Source: Breznakia sp. PF5-3 (lineage in GTDB: Bacteria > Bacillota_I > Bacilli_A > Erysipelotrichales > Erysipelotrichaceae). Taken from it: a stretch of DNA of 32,000 bases. Below, piece by piece: positions 17,557-25,209 of the stretch. Every line of letters begins with the position of its first letter. The first letter of the stretch is position 1. The stretch lies in NCBI RefSeq assembly GCF_029504745.1, contig NZ_JAQFIQ010000001.1:30001-62000 (forward strand). The letters are read 5' to 3'. The position numbers and the translations under genes are program-made. The notes beneath the pieces were generated by a model. That model was not told the origin of the DNA. It did no database searches and saw nothing but the letters and a program-made list of their open reading frames with translations.

Positions 17557-18105
17557 AATTACGATTGCATCATTAAGTGTAGAGGGGTCTTTTATTTCAT
17601 CAATATGATCATAATATAAAATACCATCTAAATGATCAATTTCATGTTGTAAAACGATCGCAACATAACCTCTAGCTCTAAATTGAACTTCTTTTCCACT
17701 CAAAAGGTCATATCCTTTTACTGTGATTCGTGCATAACGAGGAACAATTCCTTCGTGAAAATCATCGACTGATAAACAACCCTCTCCATTTGCTAGATAA
17801 GAGTGTTGAACAGAGTGAGAGATAATCTTAGGGTTTGCGAGAGCATACTCTGTTGTCTTATCTTCTTCGTGAACAACGACAGCAATCATTCGTTTTAGTT
17901 CACCTAGTTGAATTGCTGCTAAACCTACAGCAGGTCGTAAATCATATTTTTCTGCTAATTCAGGGTCTGTTGAATCCATTACAAACTGATGCATTGCTTT
18001 AAGCAATGTAGCATCTTTTTTTGATAATGGAATCTTTACTTCTTCTGATTTTTCTCTGATTAAAGGATCACTATCCTTAATAACTTCATTCATTGTAATT
18101 CTCAT
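17551..18105 (-). CDS. def: peptide deformylase
   Basis: Three signature motifs: GLAAIQLG, EGCLS, HEIDHLDG. RBS AGGTGA. Confidence 0.95.
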   Translation of the reverse strand: MRITMNEVIKDSDPLIREKSEEVKIPLSKKDATLLKAMHQFVMDSTDPELAEKYDLRPAVGLAAIQLGELKRMIAVVVHEEDKTTEYALANPKIISHSVQHSYLANGEGCLSVDDFHEGIVPRYARITVKGYDLLSGKEVQFRARGYVAIVLQHEIDHLDGILYYDHIDEIKDPSTLNDAIVIE

Positions 18106-18224
18106 TGTTTCACCTACTCTTATGTTATTTTATATAAAAAATGATAAGAATGGAAGTATTTAGAATATATTTATTTAAAAAAACAACAAAATAAGGTAAA
18201 ATGTATCTTAGGTGATATAAATTC

Positions 18225-19448
18225 ATGAAGAAGATTAGAAGTTTTTTACAATTAAGAATGCCAGCAGGTTATGATAAAGGGATTCATGCCGCTGTGATCA
18301 TATTGATGCTATTTGGTAGCATTATGGTTATTTCCACTAGTGTAGGTGAAAGTGTCAAAGATTCCATGGTTGTTGTGAAGACGATTTTCAAACAGCTAAT
18401 TTTTGTGATTCTATCCTATTTTGTGATGAGTAAAATAGCCGTTAATTTTTTCAAGTGGAAGCGACAGAAAAATTTTGATAATAAGTTTTTAGTGCTAGGA
18501 ATTATTGTTTTTGGATTGCTTGTAGCAACCTTAGCGTTTCCTGGAGCTAATGGTTCGAAAGCTTGGATTTATTTACCATTTGGTTTGGGTACGATTCAAC
18601 CAAGTGAATTTGCGAAAACATATTTGATTATTTTAATGGGGCTTACAGCCAATCATTTTGGTAATAAGCGTGTTGATTTAATTCAATATATGAAACGACC
18701 TGTAATTTTCTTTATCATGTTTATTATAATTATATTTATTCAACCGGATTTGGGTACGTTAATTGTGTTGGGATTGTTATTTGCTATTTGTTTTATTATT
18801 CCATCCCATGGGAATTTGGCACCATCACAGAAAATTGTAAAGTTCGCTCTATTTGGTTTTGTTGTTTTGCTAGGGTTGACATTAACGGATTTTGGAATTA
18901 AATTGATGGGTAATATCTTTGGTGAAGGATATAAGATACGACGCTTTACAGATGCTGCTAACCCTTTTGAAAATATGTATGATACAGGATATAACTTAGT
19001 ATATAGTCTTTATGCCATTGCTAATGGAGGAATAACAGGATTAGGGATAGGTGGAAGTGAGCAAAAGTTTGGATATCTTCCAGAGGCACAGACAGATTTT
19101 ATTATTTCTGTAACGATTGAAGAGTTGGGGTTGTTTGGATTTTTGTTAATTGTTTTATGTTATGCAGTGATACTGTATCGATTGATTTATTATGCTAAAC
19201 GAACAAAAAGCGATGGTTATCGGCTTATTCTGATAGGTTGTGCTTCCTATTTGGCAATTCACTTTATTTTGAATGTAGGAGGTGTAAGTGCTTTGTTGCC
19301 GCTTACAGGTGTACCACTATTATTGATATCTGCAGGAGGAAGTTCTATGCTTTCTATCTCGATGCTGTTAGGTGTTTGTCAATCTATTATCTCAATGACT
19401 AAAAGTCAGGCTAAACGAGCAGCAGAACAAAGGAATCCATTCCGATGA
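18225..19448 (+). CDS. FtsW/RodA/SpoVE (SEDS) family peptidoglycan glycosyltransferase
   Basis: 407 aa with about 10 TM helices. Family motifs include IQPSEFAKT, QPDLGT, PEAQTDFI and a GGSSMLS-type C-terminus. Confidence 0.9.
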   Translation: MKKIRSFLQLRMPAGYDKGIHAAVIILMLFGSIMVISTSVGESVKDSMVVVKTIFKQLIFVILSYFVMSKIAVNFFKWKRQKNFDNKFLVLGIIVFGLLVATLAFPGANGSKAWIYLPFGLGTIQPSEFAKTYLIILMGLTANHFGNKRVDLIQYMKRPVIFFIMFIIIIFIQPDLGTLIVLGLLFAICFIIPSHGNLAPSQKIVKFALFGFVVLLGLTLTDFGIKLMGNIFGEGYKIRRFTDAANPFENMYDTGYNLVYSLYAIANGGITGLGIGGSEQKFGYLPEAQTDFIISVTIEELGLFGFLLIVLCYAVILYRLIYYAKRTKSDGYRLILIGCASYLAIHFILNVGGVSALLPLTGVPLLLISAGGSSMLSISMLLGVCQSIISMTKSQAKRAAEQRNPFR

Positions 19449-19996
19449 GAATTACGGCAGGAGAGTATCGTTCTAGACGATTAAAAAGCCTCGATGGTGA
19501 TTCAACAAGACCTACTAGTGATAAGGTGAAAGAGGCGATTTTTTCAAGTATTGGTCCATATTTTGATGGTGGAGTTTTACTTGATTTATTTGGTGGAAGT
19601 GGTGGCATTACTTTAGAGGCAATATCAAGGGGTATGGAAGAAGCATATGTTTGTGATAAAAATAAAAAAGCAATAGAAGTAATTAATGAAAATGTAAGAG
19701 CATTGGATGTTCATAATTGTGTGAAAATTATTCAAGGTGATTATAAAGCTACCTTACAAAAACTAGTGGATGAGAAATTTGATATTGTTTTTTTGGATCC
19801 ACCATATGCAATGGATGTCAGTGAAGAAATCATAGCTTTTTTAATACAGAATGAAATGCTCTATGCACATAGTATTATTATTGTTGAAAGCAAGGCAGAC
19901 AAATCATTTTCTATACCATATAAAGATTTAGAAATATATAAAGAGAAGCATTACGGAATTAGTAAAGTAACATATTTTAGAGGAAAGAGAAGATGA
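19445..19996 (+). CDS. rsmD: 16S rRNA (guanine966-N2)-methyltransferase
   Basis: MRITAGEYRSRRL, RPTSDKVKEAIF, LDLFGGSGG and DPPY motifs. ATGA overlap with the upstream gene, and the classic rsmD-coaD pairing. Confidence 0.9.
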   Translation: MRITAGEYRSRRLKSLDGDSTRPTSDKVKEAIFSSIGPYFDGGVLLDLFGGSGGITLEAISRGMEEAYVCDKNKKAIEVINENVRALDVHNCVKIIQGDYKATLQKLVDEKFDIVFLDPPYAMDVSEEIIAFLIQNEMLYAHSIIIVESKADKSFSIPYKDLEIYKEKHYGISKVTYFRGKRR

Positions 19997-20469
19997 AAAA
20001 AGCAATTTATCCAGGGAGTTTTGATCCCATAACAAAAGGACATATGGATATTATAAAACGATCAGCAAATATTTTTGATGAGGTAATTGTAGTATTAATG
20101 CGCAATCCAAATAAAACATATCTATTTAATGAAAAAGAACGATTGGATATGATTTGTGAATGTTGTAAGGATTTAAAGAATGTACACTGTGATATAGGGA
20201 GTGGTTTAAGTATTCATTATGCTCGTGATCATCATGCTGAGGTAATGATTCGAGGAATTAGGGCTGTACAAGACTATGAATATGAATTGAGAAATGCTAC
20301 AGCAAACATGTGGATTGATGACAAAATTGAAACTTGCTTTTTTATGGCAAAGCCTGAATATTCGTTTTTATCAAGTAGCAGTGTAAAAGAAATTGCATCT
20401 TTTGGTGAAGATGTATCTAGATTTGTGGATCCATATGTAATAACTAAATTAAAGGAAAAATACAAATAG
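19993..20469 (+). CDS. coaD: pantetheine-phosphate adenylyltransferase
   Basis: YPGSFDPITKGHMDII (HxGH-type nucleotidyltransferase motif) and SSSSVKEIA. ATGA overlap with rsmD. Confidence 0.95.
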   Translation: MKKAIYPGSFDPITKGHMDIIKRSANIFDEVIVVLMRNPNKTYLFNEKERLDMICECCKDLKNVHCDIGSGLSIHYARDHHAEVMIRGIRAVQDYEYELRNATANMWIDDKIETCFFMAKPEYSFLSSSSVKEIASFGEDVSRFVDPYVITKLKEKYK

Positions 20470-20477
20470 TGCTTATA

Positions 20478-20530
20478 AAGAGAACCATGGAAAATGATAT
20501 GAAAGAAGAAAACATTTTCTTGGTTCTTTT
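20478..20530 (+). terminator. intrinsic terminator after coaD (long imperfect hairpin)
   Basis: AGAACCA (20481-20487) pairs with TGGTTCT (20521-20527), and GAAAATG pairs with CATTTTC, followed by TTTT. Confidence 0.6.
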
Positions 20531-20641
20531 TACATGCCTTTAAAATATAGGGATATAAGTAGTTTCATTTTTATATCATAACATATATAATGTAACAATA
20601 CAGAGTATCATGTGGTTATCAAAGAAAAAGGAGATAACGAT

Positions 20642-20992
20642 ATGAAAGATACTTTATTGGCAAAAGATTTATTGAATGGTGTATGGGAAGGGGATACAGC
20701 AACTGTGAAACGAGCAATTTTAAACGGTGCAGATCCAAATTGGATTTTCAATGGGTATCCGATTTTAGTGCATGCTGTTTATACACAGAATTTGGAAATT
20801 ATGAATATTTTGGTAAGTCATGGAGCAACACAACTATCAGAAGCATTGGGATTTGCTCTTGAATATGGATTGGGTAATATGGTATGGCCTCTTGCTTTTC
20901 AAGGTATTGTACCAAAGCAATATAAAGTAAATGAGAAGTTTGGTGAATTTCCATCACGTTTTGCTCCATCCAGCATTCAATATCAACATTAG
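20642..20992 (+). CDS. small ankyrin-repeat protein
   Basis: 116 aa from the ATG at 20642 (RBS AAAGGAGA). GYPILVHAVYTQNLEIMNILVSHGA fits the ANK consensus (G-TPLH-A------v--LL--GA). It is preceded by a partial repeat ending in NGADPN. The stop lies 9 nt before the WYL regulator start. Confidence 0.55.
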   Translation: MKDTLLAKDLLNGVWEGDTATVKRAILNGADPNWIFNGYPILVHAVYTQNLEIMNILVSHGATQLSEALGFALEYGLGNMVWPLAFQGIVPKQYKVNEKFGEFPSRFAPSSIQYQH

Positions 20993-21001
20993 GAGGTTAT
21001 T

Positions 21002-21946
21002 ATGAATCGAAGTGCACTAACTATAAAAATGCTGAACTATTTAAAAGCAAATGATATTGTTTCTAGAGAAGAATTAGCAATGTATTTAGAAACAAATATT
21101 CGTAATATTTCAGAATTCAAAAAAGAATTGGAAGTTGCAGGTTATCATATAGAAAGCATTAGTGGAAAATATGGAGGTTATCGGTTAGCTGAAGATAGTC
21201 TCATTCCTACGATAGCTTTAGATGATAAAGAAGTTATGGCATTAAATGATGCTTCAAAATTTTTAAAGAACCGCAACTTTCATCAATTAACTTCCTTTGA
21301 TAGTGCTTTGCTGAAGATAAAAAATAATTTACGTGATACAGCGATTAGTAGTGATATTCACTACTTGTTTTATCAAAGTGCTTCTAGTGTGACTAATGAC
21401 TATGAAAAATTACTAATGGATGCGAAAAATAGAAGGATTACAGTAGCATTATCTTATCGTAAATTAAATGCAGACAACTGGGAAAAACGATTGTTACAAC
21501 CATATGAGTTAATTTATAGTGATGAAGGGAACTACTTATTAGCTTATGATGTAACGTTAGGAAAAAAGCATATGTTTAAGACCTTTAAAATATCAGAATT
21601 AAGAATGAAAGATATCATTCTTAGTAATCGTTTTTTTGTAAGAGAACAAGATTTCAAAATAGAAGATTATATTGGAAAGCAAAGTATTCTTAAAGAAACT
21701 TATGAGGTAGAATTAGAGATTTATGGAAGTCATGCCATTTTGCTATATGAACAAAATATTGGCTTATTGGCAAATAAGAAGATGAAAGATAATGTTTTAC
21801 ATCTACAATTTGTAATGGAAAATAAAATGCGTATTCTTGAATTTATTCTTTCATTGGGAAAGGATTGTAAAATAATTTCACCAAATAGTATAAAAAATGA
21901 AGTAATTTCTATTTTAAAATATTCTTTAAGACAATATATGATATAA
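21002..21946 (+). CDS. wHTH-WYL-domain transcriptional regulator (BrxR/CapW/PafBC-like architecture)
   Basis: N-terminal HTH_11/DeoR-like wHTH (ALTIKMLNYLKANDIVSREELAMYLETNIRNISEFKKELEVAGYHIES). Central WYL-like domain (ITVALSYRKLNADNWEKRLLQPYELIYSDEGNYLLAYD...FKTFKISELR). C-terminal extension of about 90 aa. RBS AGGAGG. Confidence 0.8.
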   Translation: MNRSALTIKMLNYLKANDIVSREELAMYLETNIRNISEFKKELEVAGYHIESISGKYGGYRLAEDSLIPTIALDDKEVMALNDASKFLKNRNFHQLTSFDSALLKIKNNLRDTAISSDIHYLFYQSASSVTNDYEKLLMDAKNRRITVALSYRKLNADNWEKRLLQPYELIYSDEGNYLLAYDVTLGKKHMFKTFKISELRMKDIILSNRFFVREQDFKIEDYIGKQSILKETYEVELEIYGSHAILLYEQNIGLLANKKMKDNVLHLQFVMENKMRILEFILSLGKDCKIISPNSIKNEVISILKYSLRQYMI

Positions 21947-21967
21947 TATACTGCGTTGAGGTTAGAT

Positions 21968-23410
21968 ATGAAGCATGTTTCAGATATAAAAAAATATGAG
22001 CGATGTGAAAAGTTGCTGTGGTGTTCTAAACGACATCCACAGCCTTTTCAAGCATATATAGTATATAATGAAAATATCATTGATCTTAGTTTAAAAAGAT
22101 TACATATTGAATCCTTTTTTATGGGACAAGCGAATGATGAAAACAGCGCTTTTTTTACGCATAAAGAACAATATACAAATTTTATAAATATGCGATTCGA
22201 ATATCAAGATTTGCGAGTGAAAATACCAATCATGATAAAAGTAGATGATGGTTATCATGTATATTATCCATATGCAACATGTTTTCCTAAAGAAGGAGAA
22301 GCGCAAACCATGGCGGATAATGAGTGGGTATTAAATAATTTAGGTATTCAAGTAACTAAACGATTTTGTATTCATTTAAATTGTAATTATATTCGTCATG
22401 AAGATTTGAATCTTGAAGAATTACTATTGGTTCAGGATTTTTTATTCAACGATCGTAATCGTCCAGCAAGTAAGATTGATGAGCTTGTGAAAGCAAAAGG
22501 AAGAGATTTAACACCAATTCTTTCGAAGATGGATGAGGTATTGAAAAAAGATGAAATCATAAAGCCACGTACGAATATATGTACAAGAAGAAATAAGTGT
22601 ATGTATTTTGATTATTGTTTTGAAGAAAAGAAGGATACAAGTATTTTTCATCTTGTATCTTCTGCGAAGAAATTTGAATTATATGAACAGGGAATCAAAA
22701 CGATTGATGAACTTGATTTTGATTGTATAGAAGGGACAAGACATCAATTTGCACAATATATGGCTGCGAAGAAAAATGCATTATTTTTTGATGGATTAGC
22801 AGTTGAAGGTTTTTTTAAACAGGTGACTTATCCGATATCGTATTTGGATTTTGAATGGGAAACATTTGCGTTTCCGCCATATGAAAATATGCATCCATAT
22901 GATGTATTAACTTTTCAATATTCTTTGCATATTGAACATCAAGATGGGGGATTAAAGCATAAAGAGTTTTTGGGCAAGAATGATTGTCGCATTGACTTTA
23001 TAGAGAAGCTTATTGAAGATATACCAAAACAGGGAAGTATTATCTGCTACAATGTAGAAGGTGCTGAAAAATTAAGGTTAAAACAATTAGCTAAACAATT
23101 TCCACAATATGAGAAGCCATTAAAGGCAATCTGGGAGCGAATGGTAGATTTAGCAACTCCATTTAGCTCGGGGCTTATTTACGACAATCAAATGGCTGGG
23201 ATGTACTCACTGAAGAAATTGGTTTCTATTTTTACGGATTATTCATATGATGATTTAGAAATATCTCATGGAATGGACGCAGTTAGGAAATATGTGAATC
23301 TTCAAAATGATGCAGATCCAGAAATTATCGATAGTTTATTGAAATACTGTGCTATGGATACCTATGCTATGTATCTGATTTATCATTGGATTTTAGAGCA
23401 ACTTAAGTAA
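21968..23410 (+). CDS. DUF2779-like protein: Cas4/RecB-like Cys-cluster N-terminal half plus DEDD-type exonuclease-like C-terminal half
   Basis: ATG at 21968 is preceded by GAGGT. N-terminal SDIKKYERCEKLLW plus CTRRNKCMYFDYC (nt 22580-22618) give a 1+3 Cys pattern like Cas4/AddB Fe-S nucleases. C-terminal YLDFEWET (DxE, nt 22847-22855), YNVEGAEKLRL, MYSLKKLV and YCAMDTYAMY (nt 23345-23362) resemble DnaQ-like exonuclease motifs, as I recall them for DUF2779 proteins. Confidence 0.7.
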   Translation: MKHVSDIKKYERCEKLLWCSKRHPQPFQAYIVYNENIIDLSLKRLHIESFFMGQANDENSAFFTHKEQYTNFINMRFEYQDLRVKIPIMIKVDDGYHVYYPYATCFPKEGEAQTMADNEWVLNNLGIQVTKRFCIHLNCNYIRHEDLNLEELLLVQDFLFNDRNRPASKIDELVKAKGRDLTPILSKMDEVLKKDEIIKPRTNICTRRNKCMYFDYCFEEKKDTSIFHLVSSAKKFELYEQGIKTIDELDFDCIEGTRHQFAQYMAAKKNALFFDGLAVEGFFKQVTYPISYLDFEWETFAFPPYENMHPYDVLTFQYSLHIEHQDGGLKHKEFLGKNDCRIDFIEKLIEDIPKQGSIICYNVEGAEKLRLKQLAKQFPQYEKPLKAIWERMVDLATPFSSGLIYDNQMAGMYSLKKLVSIFTDYSYDDLEISHGMDAVRKYVNLQNDADPEIIDSLLKYCAMDTYAMYLIYHWILEQLK

Positions 23411-23437
23411 AGATATGAAAATATCTTTTTCTTTTTT
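23410..23437 (+). terminator. weak intrinsic terminator candidate after the DUF2779-like gene
   Basis: AAGATAT-GAAA-ATATCTT followed by TTTTCTTTTTT. The stem is only 7 AT-rich bp, so read-through into the next gene is plausible. Confidence 0.35.
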
Positions 23438-23498
23438 AGAGTGTGTATTTTAAACGTGTTTTTATGTGAATTATGCTATAATATTTTAGAGGTGAAAG

Positions 23499-24467
23499 AT
23501 GCCAAATTTAATAACGCATACAATCTTTTGTGAAGAAGTATATAAAAATATTAGTAATGAAAAATATAAATCAATTATTAAGAATAACCGAAAAGAATAT
23601 CTAATTGGTACCAATGGACCGGATTATTTGTTTTTTCATGGTGCATTTCCAATTTATAAGAAACAAGATATGACAATATCTGATATTGGTACGAAATTAC
23701 ATCGCAAAAAAATCAATGCATTTTATAAGAGTGCAATAAAAACTTATCGTGCTCAAAAATCTGGATATGTAAAGGATGCTATGGCTTCCTATATTATAGG
23801 GCATTATTTACATTGGCAATTGGATAGTATTATGCATCCATATGTTGTTTATTTTACTGGATTTGGTGGAGTGAATAATAAAATGTATCATCATCGTTTT
23901 GAATCAATGATGGACACGATAAATTTGAAAAATTATCGTAATGAAACAATTAAAACGTATGAAACTTACAAACTATGTAAACGTAGTAAGTACTCTGTTA
24001 AAGCTATTAGCAATGTTTATATTCCAGCTGTCAAAGAATGTTTTGATATCGAACTTGATCAAGATATCATTAAACAAGCATTGATGGATTGGGAAAAAGC
24101 ACAACGATACTTATACGACCCTAAGAAAGTTAAATATAGGTTATTGAAGTTTGTAGAGTTTATAACAAGAAAACCAGGATTGAGTGGAAATGTAGTTACA
24201 CCTGATATTGATATACGCTATGATGTGATGAATGAAGAACATCGTCAATGGAAACATCCTTGTACTGGTGAGATATCAACAGAAAGTGAAGATGATTTAT
24301 TTCAAAAAGCTATTGAAAATGCAAATATTGGTTTGGCGTATTTGTTTGATGCATTGGACAAAAAGCCGATGAAACCTCTTTTGGATTTTATTGATAATAA
24401 ATCATATTCTAATGGCATTAAAGGAAAAATGCCACGATTATATCAAGATGTTATTTATGATAAATAA
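23499..24467 (+). CDS. zinc-dependent phospholipase C-like family protein
   Basis: N-terminus MPNLITHTIF, GTNGPDYLFF, and His/Asp-rich HYLHWQLDSIMHPYV match the pattern I associate with bacterial 'zinc dependent phospholipase C family' proteins. RBS GAGGTG. No signal peptide. Confidence 0.6.
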   Translation: MPNLITHTIFCEEVYKNISNEKYKSIIKNNRKEYLIGTNGPDYLFFHGAFPIYKKQDMTISDIGTKLHRKKINAFYKSAIKTYRAQKSGYVKDAMASYIIGHYLHWQLDSIMHPYVVYFTGFGGVNNKMYHHRFESMMDTINLKNYRNETIKTYETYKLCKRSKYSVKAISNVYIPAVKECFDIELDQDIIKQALMDWEKAQRYLYDPKKVKYRLLKFVEFITRKPGLSGNVVTPDIDIRYDVMNEEHRQWKHPCTGEISTESEDDLFQKAIENANIGLAYLFDALDKKPMKPLLDFIDNKSYSNGIKGKMPRLYQDVIYDK

Positions 24468-24583
24468 AAAAACGGGAAGATGCCCCGTTGCACTTTAATT
24501 ATACCATAATTTAACATGATTAAAAGACTATTATTTCGGTAGATATCCGATATAATATAGACAAAGAATAGGAGGTACTGATT

Positions 24584-25114
24584 ATGAAAGTACAAATTTA
24601 CGGAAAGAACATTACAGTAACACCAGCGATTGCTGATAAGATTGAGACGAAGCTCAATTTTCTAGAAAAGTATTTCATCATTGATGATGATGTTACTGCA
24701 CATGTTGTGGTTAGAGTTTATCCACTGGGGCAAAAAATTGAGGTAACGATACCAACTAAAGTTGCAGTTTTAAGAGCTGAGGTAACAAATGAAGATTTAT
24801 ATGCTGCAATTGACTTAGTTATTGATAAATTAGAAGACCAAATTAGAAGACAAAAAACAAGATTATCTAGAAAAGGGAAAGATAAATTAGCATTAGCATT
24901 CATTGATGAAGATGTTGCAGAAGATGAATATGAAGATGAAGAAGTGGTTCGTACAAAAACGATTGCTCCTGATTTGATGGATGTAGATGAAGCGATTATG
25001 AGAATGGAGATGTTAGGACATTCATTCTTCATTTATACAGATAATGAAACAGAAGATGTAGCTGTTGTTTACAAACGTGACAATGGTGGATATGGATGTA
25101 TTGAAACAGAATAA
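24584..25114 (+). CDS. hpf: ribosome hibernation promoting factor (long HPF)
   Basis: MKVQIYGKNITVTPAIADKIETKL with a sigma-54-modulation/RaiA-type N-domain, an acidic linker, and a C-terminal dimerisation domain (MDVDEAIMRMEMLGHSFFIYTD...VVYKRDNGGYG). RBS AGGAGG. Confidence 0.93.
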   Translation: MKVQIYGKNITVTPAIADKIETKLNFLEKYFIIDDDVTAHVVVRVYPLGQKIEVTIPTKVAVLRAEVTNEDLYAAIDLVIDKLEDQIRRQKTRLSRKGKDKLALAFIDEDVAEDEYEDEEVVRTKTIAPDLMDVDEAIMRMEMLGHSFFIYTDNETEDVAVVYKRDNGGYGCIETE

Positions 25115-25140
25115 CACCTGAATATTCAGGTGTTTTTTTA
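25114..25140 (+). terminator. intrinsic terminator after hpf
   Basis: ACACCTGAATATTCAGGTGT palindrome followed by T7. Confidence 0.85.
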
Positions 25141-25209
25141 TTCTATAGGAAAAATTCAATGATAATTTATGATATACTTATAAATACTATGGGTAAAAGA
25201 GGTGTTGGT

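Noticed and set aside
18548-18560. GGTTCGAA string resembling a tRNA T-arm
   Set aside because: It lies inside the SEDS coding sequence, with no acceptor or anticodon arms around it.
19411-20465. Minus-strand ORFs 19411-19608 and 20274-20465
   Set aside because: They are antisense to the SEDS/rsmD junction and to coaD, with no signals.
22100-22306. 68-aa antisense ORF inside the DUF2779-like gene
   Set aside because: It is embedded antisense with no RBS. I considered a hidden antitoxin-like gene, but nothing supports it.
10974-23480. Identical 12-mer AATTATGCTATA at 10974-10985 and 23469-23480
   Set aside because: Both copies are extended -10 promoter-like sequences (TGCTATA..). This is a short AT-rich match expected from the promoter consensus, not a dispersed repeat or att site.
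20530-24500. Looked for direct repeats, att-like sites, integrase, transposase or a tRNA flanking the accessory-looking block
   Set aside because: The only shared string at the two borders is an AT-rich hexamer (CTTTAA). No recombinase gene or tRNA is present, so there is no evidence that this is a mobile element. A proper repeat search would be needed to be sure.
523-25209. Longer N-terminal extensions offered by the ORF track (starts at 523, 1245, 2176, 3039, 10286, 10514, 20612, 21956, 25159)
   Set aside because: In each case a downstream ATG has a proper Shine-Dalgarno at 5-10 nt (the exception is 538, chosen on family N-terminus alignment), and the extension adds non-conserved residues or overlaps the upstream gene or promoter.
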